NCBI GenBank assembly: GCA_949287905.1
Contig: CASEHX010000009.1
Span: 23,365-87,364 of the forward strand
From: an uncultured Olsenella sp.
GTDB lineage: Bacteria; Actinomycetota; Coriobacteriia; Coriobacteriales; Atopobiaceae
Reading direction: 5' to 3'
Length of the DNA stretch: 64,000 bases
Of the stretch, positions 1 through 9,223 are shown one piece after another. Made by a program: the position numbers and the translations under genes. The first letter of the stretch is position 1, and the number at the start of each line of letters is the position of its first letter. The notes under the pieces are model-generated. The model was not told the origin of the DNA. It ran no database searches and worked only from the letters and a program-made list of their open reading frames with translations.

Positions 1-605
1 GACAGCTCGCGAGAAACGCTTTCGAGCGAGCGATCGCGAAGCGAGAACAGGCTGGGCATGCCGCCAAAGCGGAGATAGTCCGCAAAGGCGACGTCCTCGG
101 GCTCCTCTGAGTCGAAGGCGCTGCAGAACGTGAGGTATTCCGCAAAGGAGAGGGGATGCACCATGACGCTGACCTGCCTGCCAGAAAGCTGCGTCGCCAG
201 GTCGGAGGAGAGGATGTGGGCGTTGGACCCGGTGATGTAGACGTCAGTACCGGGGCGCGTGTGAAGGCGCCTGACAACGCGCTCCCAGCCGTCGACCTCC
301 TGTATCTCGTCGAGGAATACGTAGGCCGTCGATTGGGCGTCTGCCGCCTCGAATGCAGCCTGGAGGTCCGCCATGAGCCCTTCTGCCGATTGCTCGAGCG
401 GGAGGTCAAACTCGTCGAAGCGCCGATAGAAGATGTTCTGGGGTGCGATGCCTTCGGCGAGAAGCTGGTCTCGAAAGGCGGCGAGAATGGTCGACTTGCC
501 ACATCGACGGATGCCTTGGAGTACCTTCACCTGCTCGGTCCCGCGAAGAGAGTCTAGGACGTCAAGGTAGTGCTGGCGATTGACGCGCTGGGGACTCGTG
601 CTCAT
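1..605 (-). CDS. AAA+ ATPase, AAA_14/DUF4143 family, N-terminal part (C-terminus lies beyond window start)
   Basis: Absent from the ORF track because it runs off the window. Reverse complement from ATG (603-605) with RBS GGAGG (610-614) reads MSTSPQRVNRQHYLDVLDSLRGTEQVKVLQGIRRCGKSTILAAF...VFLDEIQEV, showing Walker A and Walker B motifs. Confidence 0.8.
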   Translation of the reverse strand, partial: MSTSPQRVNRQHYLDVLDSLRGTEQVKVLQGIRRCGKSTILAAFRDQLLAEGIAPQNIFYRRFDEFDLPLEQSAEGLMADLQAAFEAADAQSTAYVFLDEIQEVDGWERVVRRLHTRPGTDVYITGSNAHILSSDLATQLSGRQVSVMVHPLSFAEYLTFCSAFDSEEPEDVAFADYLRFGGMPSLFSLRDRSLESVSREL

Positions 606-765
606 GGCGCCTCCTTAGGAAGAATAATTTCGAGTATACCCGAAACTACATCCATGAATTATTCGAGTTTCAGTCATACCTGAAAGAAACTGGGACGTCC
701 TGCCACTCATCAATGAGTTTCCGAATGCGAGGACGAGAAGTTCCGCCAGCGCGCGTGACGCTTCG

Positions 766-1257
766 CTACTCCGTCTCGGGACCCATGAGGCGTCGCTTGT
801 AGACGAACCTTACGGCCAGCAGCGCCGTGCACAGGAAGAGCAGCGTGCCCACCGCAGAGAGCATGGCCTCGCGGCCAACGAGGGCGGTTACGACCACGAT
901 GACGGCGGAGAGCGGCGGAATGAGGTGGATGAAGGTTCGGGCGACCTCGCGCGCTAGGTACGCCTCGAGCTCATCGTTCTCTGTAGCAAGAAGGGCGCGC
1001 AGCGCGGCGTCATCTGCGAGGGCGCTCCGGAGCTTGCGAATCTGCTTTACGGTGAAGCTCGCAGCAAAAGCGAGAAGCCCGATTAGGAAGCCCGCGACAA
1101 AGCTCGTGACGAAGTCGCTTCCCCCGGCGGGTAAGATGTTGGCTACGGCCATGACGACGATAATAACCATCGCGCCTAGGATGATGGCGAGCGAGACGCC
1201 CTCGCGGCGCAGGCGGCGATGGATGTCAGCGCGCAGGGCTTCGGCAGTCTTCTTCAT
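766..1257 (-). CDS. small polytopic membrane protein, partner of upstream XRE regulator
   Basis: ORF 766..1266. ATG at 1257 (MKKTAEAL...) lies 5 nt after the XRE stop. About 4 hydrophobic segments. No family recognised. Confidence 0.6.
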   Translation of the reverse strand: MKKTAEALRADIHRRLRREGVSLAIILGAMVIIVVMAVANILPAGGSDFVTSFVAGFLIGLLAFAASFTVKQIRKLRSALADDAALRALLATENDELEAYLAREVARTFIHLIPPLSAVIVVVTALVGREAMLSAVGTLLFLCTALLAVRFVYKRRLMGPETE

Positions 1258-1262
1258 GGCGA

Positions 1263-1472
1263 TCACAGCTCCTCGTCTATCTCGGAAAAGTCAAAGACGT
1301 CTTCGATTGCAAGGCCAAAGTAGCGGGCGATCTTGTAGGCGAGAGGCAGGGAGGCGGTGTACTTCTCGACCTCGATGGAGGTGATGGTCTGCCGCGTGGT
1401 GCCTACTGCCTCGGCGAGCTCGGCCTGACTCATCTTGCGCTCGCGGCGCAACTCGCGGATGCGCGTCCGCAT
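1263..1472 (-). CDS. XRE-family helix-turn-helix transcriptional regulator (about 69 aa)
   Basis: MRTRIRELRRERKMSQAELAEAVGTTRQTITSIEVEKYTASLPLAYKIARYFGLAIEDVFDF is a typical HTH_3 fold. The internal ATG at 1472 is preferred over the ORF-track start at 1553. Confidence 0.85.
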   Translation of the reverse strand: MRTRIRELRRERKMSQAELAEAVGTTRQTITSIEVEKYTASLPLAYKIARYFGLAIEDVFDFSEIDEEL

Positions 1473-1634
1473 GGCATCACCTTCCCTGCCTCGAACAGTC
1501 TTGCTAAGCATGCTTTGCAAATTAAGCATAGCATGCTTTGCATACAATGACAAGTACGCTTTGCAAGCAGCGTGTAAAGACCGGAGCGTGTTCCGAGCTG
1601 TCGGTCAGTGAGAGAAAAACCTGTCCCCTTTTAC

Positions 1635-2783
1635 TCAGCGGTTGCGCGCTATGCGCAGGTCGAGCTCGCGCAGGAAGCGCTCCTCGCCGTCGAAGGTGCG
1701 GGGGATGTCCAAGTGGTAGTCCTTCTCGCCGTGCGGGGTGGTGCCGTGGCCGTTGACCTTGATGCACCATCGGCCCAGCTCATAGCTGGTGACGCCGTCG
1801 AGGTCCCAGGTGCTCGTGCTCGCGAGCTCGCCCGAGCCCGAGGTGAGCGCGTAGGAGAGATGACCGCCCTCGAGCACGATGGTCTGCGTGAGGCTTGTGC
1901 CCGAGCGGTGCGCCCACCAGCCGGCGGCGACGGGCCAGGCAAAGATGCCCAGGCCGATCACGCCTGAGATTAGTCCTTGTATCAGCGGAAATGCGTCAAA
2001 GAACGCGAAGCGTGGCCCCTCGGGCACGAGCACGACCACGCCGAGTGTGGCAAGCCCAGCGGCGATCATGCCAAAAGTGACGTTGCGCGCAAAGGCTACA
2101 TAAGGACGACGCTTCTCCTCGTTTCGCGGGAACGCGATGGCGTCGCCGCGTTCGATGGCCTCGGCCGTGCTCGCATCGAGCGACCAACCTGCCAAGGTGC
2201 GCTTCTCACGACGTTCGCTCTTGACGCCGATAAGGAAGTGCGCGAGGTAGGCAATCGGCATTGCTATGCAGAAGACGGCGACGGTGCCAAGCGTCACCCA
2301 GCACATGGTGTCAAAGAGCGGCGTCCCCACGGACATAAAGACAGCGAGCAGCTCACAGCAGACGGCGAGAAAAACGGCCAGCACGGCGACGCGGGCGACG
2401 AGGGCGGCTCGGCGCGAGAGCCCGTAGGAGCGTCCTGCGCGCAGGCCGCGGTCTGCTGCGACGCCCTTGAGCATGGCGTCGCCAGCTGAGTCGCTCGATG
2501 TGATGCCGAGGATGATGAGCAGGTTGAAGAGGAGGCGCGCAGGCAAGGGAATCGCGACGGTGAGGCCGGCGCGGTAGTCGGCGAAGGACCGGACGATGTA
2601 GTAGACGCATGCGACGATGGGGTAGGCCGCCAGCGACAGCACGGCGAGAAGCATCGCGAGCTCGTGGCTGGGCGCGACGAAGGAGAGCGCGTTCAGTGCG
2701 ACGAACGTGAGCAGGTAGCCTGCCGCGTGGATGAGGACGTGCTTGGCGGCGTCCCGAAGCTCGCGCGCGTTCTTCTCGGCCAT
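1635..2783 (-). CDS. hypothetical polytopic membrane protein with soluble C-terminal domain
   Basis: ATG at 2783 preceded by GAGGAGG. MAEKNARELRDAAKHVL... is followed by multiple TM segments. The part of the ORF upstream of 2783 looks non-coding (Arg/Gly-rich). Confidence 0.6.
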   Translation of the reverse strand: MAEKNARELRDAAKHVLIHAAGYLLTFVALNALSFVAPSHELAMLLAVLSLAAYPIVACVYYIVRSFADYRAGLTVAIPLPARLLFNLLIILGITSSDSAGDAMLKGVAADRGLRAGRSYGLSRRAALVARVAVLAVFLAVCCELLAVFMSVGTPLFDTMCWVTLGTVAVFCIAMPIAYLAHFLIGVKSERREKRTLAGWSLDASTAEAIERGDAIAFPRNEEKRRPYVAFARNVTFGMIAAGLATLGVVVLVPEGPRFAFFDAFPLIQGLISGVIGLGIFAWPVAAGWWAHRSGTSLTQTIVLEGGHLSYALTSGSGELASTSTWDLDGVTSYELGRWCIKVNGHGTTPHGEKDYHLDIPRTFDGEERFLRELDLRIARNR

Positions 2784-3066
2784 GAAACCTCCTCGCTGTT
2801 GCCTCCAAGGTATCCCATCGCGCTCCGCGCCCGCGAAACCCTTACGGATCCCTGACGTGACAGGGGGACGGAGGCATTGTCGCCGCTCCGTCCCCCTGTC
2901 ATATTGGCGATAAGCCCCTCTACCTGCGGCGCGCAACCGGCGGGTGCCTCCCGGTTGCCTCAAAACCAGCCAAATTGCTTACCGTCGGTTGGTAGAATTG
3001 CTCCGTGCGCGCCCGCAGAATACAAGGTGCCGGCAGACAGCGCACACCCCCGACGAAGGGCAGACC

Positions 3067-4098
3067 ATGAGCTTTCGCGACAACCTCCAGCACCTGCGCG
3101 CAGAGCGCAACATGACCCAGGAGCAGCTGGCCATGCTGCTCGGCGTCTCCCGCCAGAGCGTAACCAAGTGGGAGGCAGAGAGGAGTCAGCCGGAGATGGA
3201 CAAGCTCCTCAAGATGTGCGAGATCTTCGACTGCACGCTTGACGAGCTCGTGACGGGCGACCTCACCGGCCGCGCCGCGCCCGCGACGGCCGCCCCCATC
3301 CCCGCCGGCCCGCCCACCGACGTCTGCGGCTACGAGGAGCACCAGCGCATGATGGCGCTCAAGGTCCCCACCGGCGTGGCGCTCATCCTCTTGGGCATCG
3401 CGCTTGGCCTGCTCTTCGAGGGCTCCGTCGAGCTGGCGTCCTGGAACGGGCGCGACGGCCTCTTCGTGATCATCGTGCTCGTGGGCATCCTCGCTGGCCT
3501 CGCGTTTCTCGTGCCCGCGGGCATGGAGCACACGGCGTTCCAGAAGGCGCACCCCTACGTGGAGGACTTCTACACCGACGAGGACCGCGCCGCGGCCCGT
3601 CGGCAGTTCTCGACGGCGCTCATCGCTGGCCTCGCGCTCATCTTCGCGGGCATCGGCTGCGTGCTCATGCTCGAGAAGACCGCGGAGAACTGGGGGCTCT
3701 TCCTGCTCATGCTCTTCATCGCTCTGGGCGTGTGGTGGATTGTGCGCGGCGGCATGCTGCTCGGGCGGGTCAACGTCGAGGAGTACAACCGCTCCGTCGG
3801 GGAGGACCTCGAGGTGGAGGACATCGTATCCGCAGAGCTGGACGAGGCGCAGCGCGAGGCTCTTCTCGCCCAGAAGCGACGTGGCAAGAAGCTCGGCGCC
3901 GTGTGCGGCGCCATCATGATCGTGGCCACGATTGTGGGCCTGGCGCTTCTCTTTGCGCCGGTGTTCTCGGCGCCAAATATGGACTCCTGGACCCCGGAGG
4001 GCACCTCGGCCATGTGGTTCTGGGTGGCCTGGCCGGTGGGTGGCCTCGTCTGCGGCATCGTGACGCTGCTCTGGGAGGCGTTCGACCGGGAGGGGTAG
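3067..4098 (+). CDS. membrane-anchored XRE-family HTH regulator
   Basis: MSFRDNLQHLRAERNMTQEQLAMLLGVSRQSVTKWEAERSQPEMDKLLKMCEIFDCTLDELVTGD, then several TM helices. ATG at 3067. Confidence 0.8.
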   Translation: MSFRDNLQHLRAERNMTQEQLAMLLGVSRQSVTKWEAERSQPEMDKLLKMCEIFDCTLDELVTGDLTGRAAPATAAPIPAGPPTDVCGYEEHQRMMALKVPTGVALILLGIALGLLFEGSVELASWNGRDGLFVIIVLVGILAGLAFLVPAGMEHTAFQKAHPYVEDFYTDEDRAAARRQFSTALIAGLALIFAGIGCVLMLEKTAENWGLFLLMLFIALGVWWIVRGGMLLGRVNVEEYNRSVGEDLEVEDIVSAELDEAQREALLAQKRRGKKLGAVCGAIMIVATIVGLALLFAPVFSAPNMDSWTPEGTSAMWFWVAWPVGGLVCGIVTLLWEAFDREG

Positions 4099-4155
4099 CG
4101 TCCCTTTGTCCTGTGCCTCTGCTACTATGTAGACACGTCTACAAAGGAGGCTCGC

Positions 4156-4437
4156 ATGGCAACGGCAGTCGTTTCCGGGCGCGTGGACGAGAAGATCCGT
4201 CAGCGCGCGGACGCCTACATCCGCGCGGCTGGGTCCACGCCGGCCGAGGTCATCAAGGTGGTCTGGGAGAACATCGCGCGCACGGGAGAGGTGCCGGAGG
4301 AGGCGCCGGCAGAGGAGCCCCGCGGTACCTGGGAGCGTTTCATGGAGTTCCGAGAGAGCCTTCCCGAGGCCGAGCCGTGGCTGGTCAACCTCACCAAGGA
4401 GCAGATGCGCGACATGATTGCGAGCCGCTATGCGTGA
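4156..4437 (+). CDS. putative type II antitoxin (RelB/DinJ- or RHH-like) of the downstream PIN toxin
   Basis: 93-aa acidic protein. Its stop overlaps the PIN gene start in ATGCGTGA (4430-4437). N-terminus VSGRVDEKIRQRADAYIRAAGSTPAEVIKVVWENIA resembles RelB/DinJ-type antitoxins. Confidence 0.65.
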   Translation: MATAVVSGRVDEKIRQRADAYIRAAGSTPAEVIKVVWENIARTGEVPEEAPAEEPRGTWERFMEFRESLPEAEPWLVNLTKEQMRDMIASRYA

Positions 4438-4858
4438 CTTCAACAGCAGGAGGCTACTCTTGGACACCAACGTTCTTCTCGACGCGGTTTGCAGGGAGCG
4501 CCCGCAGTCGGCGGAAGCGTGCGAGGTCCTTCACCGTTGCAACGGTGGGGGAGACCTTGGGCTCGTTGCCGTGGGGTCTCTCAAGGACACGTATTACGTG
4601 CTTCAACGTCAGTACGGCGAGGCACAGGCGAGAAGATCGATAGAGTGGCTGCGTGAGCTGCTCGTTATCGCGCCGATGGGCGCGGAGGAGTGCGAGCTCT
4701 CGCTCGGCTGCGGCGAGTCGGACTTCGAGGACGGCCTCATCCGCGCCTGCGCCGAGCTCAACGACGTGGACGTCATCCTCACGCGCGACGCGGACGCGTT
4801 CAAGCGGTCCAAGGTCCGCGCCATGACCTGCGCGGAGTACCTCGAGACCTTTGACTAG
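4430..4858 (+). CDS. vapC: PIN-domain ribonuclease toxin (VapC-like)
   Basis: LLLDTNVLLDAV...DFEDGLIRACAELNDVDVILTRDADAF carries the PIN acidic residues. It overlaps the antitoxin by 8 nt. Confidence 0.85.
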   Translation: MRDFNSRRLLLDTNVLLDAVCRERPQSAEACEVLHRCNGGGDLGLVAVGSLKDTYYVLQRQYGEAQARRSIEWLRELLVIAPMGAEECELSLGCGESDFEDGLIRACAELNDVDVILTRDADAFKRSKVRAMTCAEYLETFD

Positions 4859-4866
4859 GAGACGCC

Positions 4867-5874
4867 ATGGATGAGCTGCTGTGCAACGATGCAAGCTACA
4901 TGGAAACGCTCGAGCACATTAAAAGAGAGATCTCCGGATCGCGGGCGCGCGCCGTGCTTGCGGTCAACAGCGAGGTCATCTGCATGTACTGGAGGATCGG
5001 CAAGCTCATCAACGAGCACTCCGAGTGGGGCAATCGCTTTATCGACTCCTTGTCTAACGACATCAGGCTCGCGTATCCAGGCATCAAGGGCTTCTCGGTC
5101 CGCAACCTCAAGTACATGCTTCGGCTTGCGCGCGAGTACGACCTCGAATTTGTGCAGCAGCTTGCTGCACAAATTCCCTGGGGTCATACTATGTATCTGT
5201 TTGACAAGGTTAGGGACCGGGATAGACGAGACTGGTACATGAGGAAGGCGGCCGAGCATGGCTGGAGCCGCGCGACGCTCATGCATCAGGTGTCCACCGG
5301 ATTGTTCGAGCGCCAATCCGAGGTCCAGAAAGTCACCAATTTCGACCGCATGCTCCCGCCGGCGGACAGCGAGATGGTTCAGGAGGTTCTCAAGGACCCC
5401 TACATCTTCGACTTCGTAACCGCGGACGAGGGCGTCGAGGAGAAGACGCTCGAGGACGAGATGGTCAGGAACATCACGGGGCTGCTCCTCGAGCTGGGCA
5501 CCGGCTTCGCGTTCATGGGCAGGCAGTACCACCTAGCGGTTTCCGGCAAGGACTTCTACATCGACCTCCTCTTCTATAACACGAGGCTGTCGCGCTACTT
5601 CGTCATAGAGCTCAAGGCGGGCGAGTTCCGTCCGGAGTATACGGGAAAGCTCGGGTTCTACGTCGCCGCCGTTGACGACCTGCTCCGTAACGAGCACGAC
5701 GGTCCCACCGTCGGCCTCCTGCTCTGCAAGACGAAGGACAACACCATCGTCGAGTACTCTCTGCGCAGCGCGTCAGCCCCCATCGGGGTGAGCGAGTACA
5801 GAACCGCGGACGAGCTCCCCGAGGAGATGCGCGGAGTCCTTCCGACGCCGGAGGACATCGCAAGCCGCGTTTGA
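4867..5874 (+). CDS. DUF1016/YhcG-family PD-(D/E)xK nuclease (copy 1)
   Basis: ...IPWGHTMYLF...KDPYIFDF...GFAFMGRQYHLAVSGKDFYIDLLFYNTRLSRYFVIELKAGEF is the characteristic YhcG C-terminal nuclease core. ATG lies 8 nt after the PIN stop, with AGGAG overlapping that stop. Confidence 0.9.
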   Translation: MDELLCNDASYMETLEHIKREISGSRARAVLAVNSEVICMYWRIGKLINEHSEWGNRFIDSLSNDIRLAYPGIKGFSVRNLKYMLRLAREYDLEFVQQLAAQIPWGHTMYLFDKVRDRDRRDWYMRKAAEHGWSRATLMHQVSTGLFERQSEVQKVTNFDRMLPPADSEMVQEVLKDPYIFDFVTADEGVEEKTLEDEMVRNITGLLLELGTGFAFMGRQYHLAVSGKDFYIDLLFYNTRLSRYFVIELKAGEFRPEYTGKLGFYVAAVDDLLRNEHDGPTVGLLLCKTKDNTIVEYSLRSASAPIGVSEYRTADELPEEMRGVLPTPEDIASRV

Positions 5875-5947
5875 CGCGGGGTGTCCCGCGCTATTCTGGC
5901 ATCTCGAAAGAATGGCATGCCGTTGAACGTCATTGGAAGTTCGGCGA

Positions 5948-7372
5948 CTACGAGTCGATTCGCTCAATGAACGCCTGGTAGTCGACCTCGTTCTGGTCGG
6001 CGTAGGCGCGGGCGAAGTCCCACATGGCGTCCTCGAAGGCGTGTCCGTCGTCGAGGTAGGTCGCAATGGCGACCTCGTCGCCGGTGCGGGCGTGCGCGTG
6101 CGCGAGCGACCACGCGCAGAGGCGCGCGACGTTCTCGAGGCTCTCCGGGCCCACCGCGGCGAGGTCGATGGAGCCTTTGCCGTTCCAGAGCTGGCGCACG
6201 TAGTAGTCGCGCGTCCCGCCGTCCGCCGTGGGCACGCTCGTCCAGCCCAGCAGGAAGTCGCTCGTGGACTGCACGAGGCGCTGGCCCTCCACCACGCGCT
6301 CGCCGTGGCTGGCAAAGCCGCTCGGTCGCCAGAAGCGCTCCACGACGGACTCCTCAGCCTCCTTGACCTGGAGGACTAGCGGGTCATCCTCGTCGCGCCC
6401 AGTGAGCAGCGCAATCCAGGCGCGGCGCCCCACCGACCCCACGCCCACCACTTTGCGCGCGGCGTCCTGCAGGCGATAGCTGCCGAGAAGAACGCGGCAG
6501 TCGCGAGGGAGGCTCTCGAAGTAGGCGTCGAGCAGGCCGCGCAGCGCATGGCTCAGCTGGGCCGCGTCGTAGCCCTGGACGGACGAGAGTTCCGAGAGCG
6601 GCACCAGCTCCGGCGGGCGCGTGTCAAAGCGCAGGCGGCCCCCGTCGCGCACCGTGAGTCGATCCGCTGCTCGCACGCTGTCCTTCTCGCGCGCCTTCTC
6701 CACGACCTTGCGGATGGTCCGGCCGGTCTTGCCGTCAAGCTCAAACTCGTCGAGCATGCGCTCGACGTCGAGGTGGGCGTGCCAGACGTCAAGCTCGCCC
6801 ATCCCCGCGAAGCGTGACATCGTGCGATGGTACTGCTTGGCGCAGGCGTGCACGGCGTCCTTGCGGTCCTGCTTGGAGAAGCCCCGGTCGCGCCCGCAGA
6901 TCTCAATGCTCGCCACAAGGCGCATGACGTCCCACTCCCAGGGCCCGGGCGAGGTCTCGTCAAAGTCGTTAACGTCAAAGACAAGGTGGCGCGTGTGGCT
7001 CATGAAGATGCCGAAGTTGCCAACATGCGCGTCGCCGATGCATTGGACCTCGATGCCGGTGACGGGCATCGTGGCGAGGTCTGCTGCCATGATGACGGCG
7101 CTGCCGCGGTAGAACGTGAACGGCGAGACGCCCATGCGCTCGTAGCGCAGCGGCACGAGGCCCGGGTCGCGCGTGACGGACTGCTGCTCGATGAGGTCGA
7201 TTGCCGGCTCGCTGGACGTACGCGGCTCCCAGGTGCCGAGCGTCTCGATCGGGCAGGCCTCGCGCGCGGCGCGCCCGGCGGCCCGGCGCTCCTCCACGGT
7301 GGGCGCGGGACGGTAGAGCACCGCCTGCGAGCTGGGTGCAGCGTTCTTCTCAATCATCTCGAGCTCGTCCAT
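5948..7372 (-). CDS. DUF2252 domain-containing protein
   Basis: 474 aa. RYERMGVSPFTFYRGSAVIMAADLA...QCIGDAHVGNFGIF is typical of DUF2252. RBS GAAAGGA precedes the ATG. Confidence 0.85.
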   Translation of the reverse strand: MDELEMIEKNAAPSSQAVLYRPAPTVEERRAAGRAAREACPIETLGTWEPRTSSEPAIDLIEQQSVTRDPGLVPLRYERMGVSPFTFYRGSAVIMAADLATMPVTGIEVQCIGDAHVGNFGIFMSHTRHLVFDVNDFDETSPGPWEWDVMRLVASIEICGRDRGFSKQDRKDAVHACAKQYHRTMSRFAGMGELDVWHAHLDVERMLDEFELDGKTGRTIRKVVEKAREKDSVRAADRLTVRDGGRLRFDTRPPELVPLSELSSVQGYDAAQLSHALRGLLDAYFESLPRDCRVLLGSYRLQDAARKVVGVGSVGRRAWIALLTGRDEDDPLVLQVKEAEESVVERFWRPSGFASHGERVVEGQRLVQSTSDFLLGWTSVPTADGGTRDYYVRQLWNGKGSIDLAAVGPESLENVARLCAWSLAHAHARTGDEVAIATYLDDGHAFEDAMWDFARAYADQNEVDYQAFIERIDS

Positions 7373-7386
7373 GCGAGTCCTTTCCT

Positions 7387-7417
7387 ATGATATGAAGGGA
7401 CAGTCCCTTTGTCTCAT
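7387..7417. repeat. palindromic hairpin element, family P (degenerate copy P1)
   Basis: atgatatgaagggacagtccctttgtctcat, with the shared core AAGGGACAGTCCCTT. It ends 22 nt upstream of the MFS GTG start. Confidence 0.6.
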
Positions 7418-7439
7418 TCTCACACAGGAGGAAAGAAGA

Positions 7440-8690
7440 GTGGCAAGCAACTCCTGGAAGCTCAAGCTCGCGTGCGTGTGGGGCGGCGAGCTGGTCTCGG
7501 TGCTCACGAGCTCCATTCTGCAGATGGGCTTTGTCTGGCACATCACGCTCACCACGAACTCGGCGAGCATGCTCTCGCTGGCGTCGCTCGCGGGCTTCCT
7601 GCCGCTCGCGCTCTTTGGTACCTTCGCGGGGACCATCGTCGACCGTCTGCCGCTCAAGACTACGCTCATCGGGGCGGACCTCTTCATCGCCACGGTGAGC
7701 GCCGTCGTGGCGGCAGTCTCGCTCACTGGTGTGCTTCCTGTGTGGGTGGTCATGGTCGCACTCTTCGTGCGGGCCATCGGCAGCTCTCTACACACGCCGG
7801 CCTTCCAGGCGCTTACGCCTCTCGTGGCGCCCGCCGAGCACCTCACACGCCTTGCGGGCGTGACGCAGGCCGTCCAGTCCGGCGGCTACATCCTCGGCAC
7901 GGCCGTCGCGGCGGTGATCTATCCGCTATGGGGCCTCACGGCTATGATCGCGCTGGATGTGGTGGGTGCGCTCTTCGCCACGGTGGCGGTGCTCGCGGCA
8001 AGGCTCGACGTGGGCGGCACCGGCCAAAACGCGGCGGCAGGCGAGAAGAACCTCGGCCTTGTGGCGCAGGCGCGCGCCCTGGCTGCCGAGACCGCCGACG
8101 GCTACCGCGTCCTGCGCGGCTACCGCGGCCTCTTCGCGCTTTTGTGGTGCGGCTTCGTCTTCACGCTGGTCTTCTCGCCCATATCGGCGCTCTTTCCGCT
8201 CATGACGCTCGACCACTTCGGCGGCACCACGGGTGACGCCGCCACGGCGGAGATCGTGTTCTCGGTGGGCATGATCGCGGGCTCAGCGTTGCTCACGGCA
8301 ACGGGCGGCTTCAGGAACCGCGCGCTCACGGTCTGCTTTGCCACGGCACTTTACGGATTTGCGACGCTGGTCGCGGGCTGCGCGGGGCCAAGCGCTGGCG
8401 GCATGCAGCTCTTCTTTGTGATGAGCTTCCTCATGGGACTGAGCTCGCCGTTCTACTCTGGACCGCAGACCGCCCTCATGCAGGAGAAGGTTCCGCCCGA
8501 GTACCTGGGGCGCGTCTTTGGCCTCTACGGCGCCATCATGTCCTGGGCGATGCCGCTTGGGCTGGCGTTCTCGTCGCTCTTCGCGGATGCCGTTGGCGCG
8601 CCGGCGTGGTTTGTCGGCGCCGGCGCCGCGATGATTCTTCTCGCCTGCGTGACCTGGGCAATCCCCGCCATCCGCCACATCGAGGAGTGA
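7440..8690 (+). CDS. MFS transporter (EntS/macrolide-efflux-like subfamily)
   Basis: GTG at 7440 after AGGAGGA. 12 predicted TM helices. WKLKLACVWGGELVSVLTSSILQMGFVWHI is a typical MFS_3 N-terminus. Confidence 0.85.
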   Translation: MASNSWKLKLACVWGGELVSVLTSSILQMGFVWHITLTTNSASMLSLASLAGFLPLALFGTFAGTIVDRLPLKTTLIGADLFIATVSAVVAAVSLTGVLPVWVVMVALFVRAIGSSLHTPAFQALTPLVAPAEHLTRLAGVTQAVQSGGYILGTAVAAVIYPLWGLTAMIALDVVGALFATVAVLAARLDVGGTGQNAAAGEKNLGLVAQARALAAETADGYRVLRGYRGLFALLWCGFVFTLVFSPISALFPLMTLDHFGGTTGDAATAEIVFSVGMIAGSALLTATGGFRNRALTVCFATALYGFATLVAGCAGPSAGGMQLFFVMSFLMGLSSPFYSGPQTALMQEKVPPEYLGRVFGLYGAIMSWAMPLGLAFSSLFADAVGAPAWFVGAGAAMILLACVTWAIPAIRHIEE

Positions 8691-8718
8691 GACAAAGGGG
8701 CAGTCCCCTTCTGGATCA
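8688..8718. repeat. palindromic hairpin element, family P (P2)
   Basis: tgagacaaaggggcagtccccttctggatca. TGA 8688-8690 is the MFS stop, and TCA 8716-8718 is the stop of the convergent DUF1810 gene. Confidence 0.75.
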
Positions 8719-9162
8719 TTCCTGGTTGTGTCCCCAGGCCTCGTTTACGATTCGCAGCGTGAGCTCGTCGCGGCTGCCGCCGTAGTACTTGTTCAGCACG
8801 GCGCCAAAGACGGGGTCGACACCTGCGAGCTCAAAGAGCGTCATCGACGAGCGGACCTTGAGCGCGTCGATGTCTCCCAACACGGCCACGGGGTCGCTCC
8901 CGGGCAAGGCGAGAAGCGCATGCGAAATCTCGAGCAGACGTGCCCTGAGCAGGGGATGGTTTACATATGCGTCAAGCTCTGCTCGGCTGGCGATGCCGTA
9001 GCGCTCCGCCATGGGGCTGCGCCCGAGGCCGCGAGCTTGCGGGAAGACGAACCAGATCCAGTGGCTCCGCTTGCGCCCCGCGCGAATCTCGGCGAGCGCC
9101 TGCTCGTAGACGCCACCGCCCTGTGCGCGGACAAAGCGCTCGATGTCAAATCCCGTGGCCAT
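8716..9162 (-). CDS. DUF1810 domain-containing protein
   Basis: MATGFDIERFVRAQGGGVYEQALAEIRAGRKRSHWIWFVFPQ...SSMTLF. ATG at 9162 with RBS GAGGAG. Confidence 0.85.
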   Translation of the reverse strand: MATGFDIERFVRAQGGGVYEQALAEIRAGRKRSHWIWFVFPQARGLGRSPMAERYGIASRAELDAYVNHPLLRARLLEISHALLALPGSDPVAVLGDIDALKVRSSMTLFELAGVDPVFGAVLNKYYGGSRDELTLRIVNEAWGHNQE

Positions 9163-9223
9163 GCGATGCTCCTCTCGTTTGTCAGATAATAGACCCGTCA
9201 AGCCGAGAAGAACGGAGCGCCGC

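Noticed and set aside
156-557. 133-aa ORF on the plus strand
   Set aside because: It lies antisense to the well-supported AAA+ ATPase gene (1-605, minus strand). It has no RBS and an implausible composition.
2920-4470. 516-aa ORF on the minus strand, together with similar long ORFs at 15251-16540, 16791-18155, 20772-22394, 23395-24786, 31945-33654, 38906-40564, 45408-46796, 49081-51594, 58753-60486 and 60156-61475
   Set aside because: All are antisense or out-of-frame shadows of recognisable genes. Their Arg/Gly/Ala/His-rich, low-complexity translations have no recognisable motifs, which is typical of stop-poor alternative frames in high-G+C DNA.
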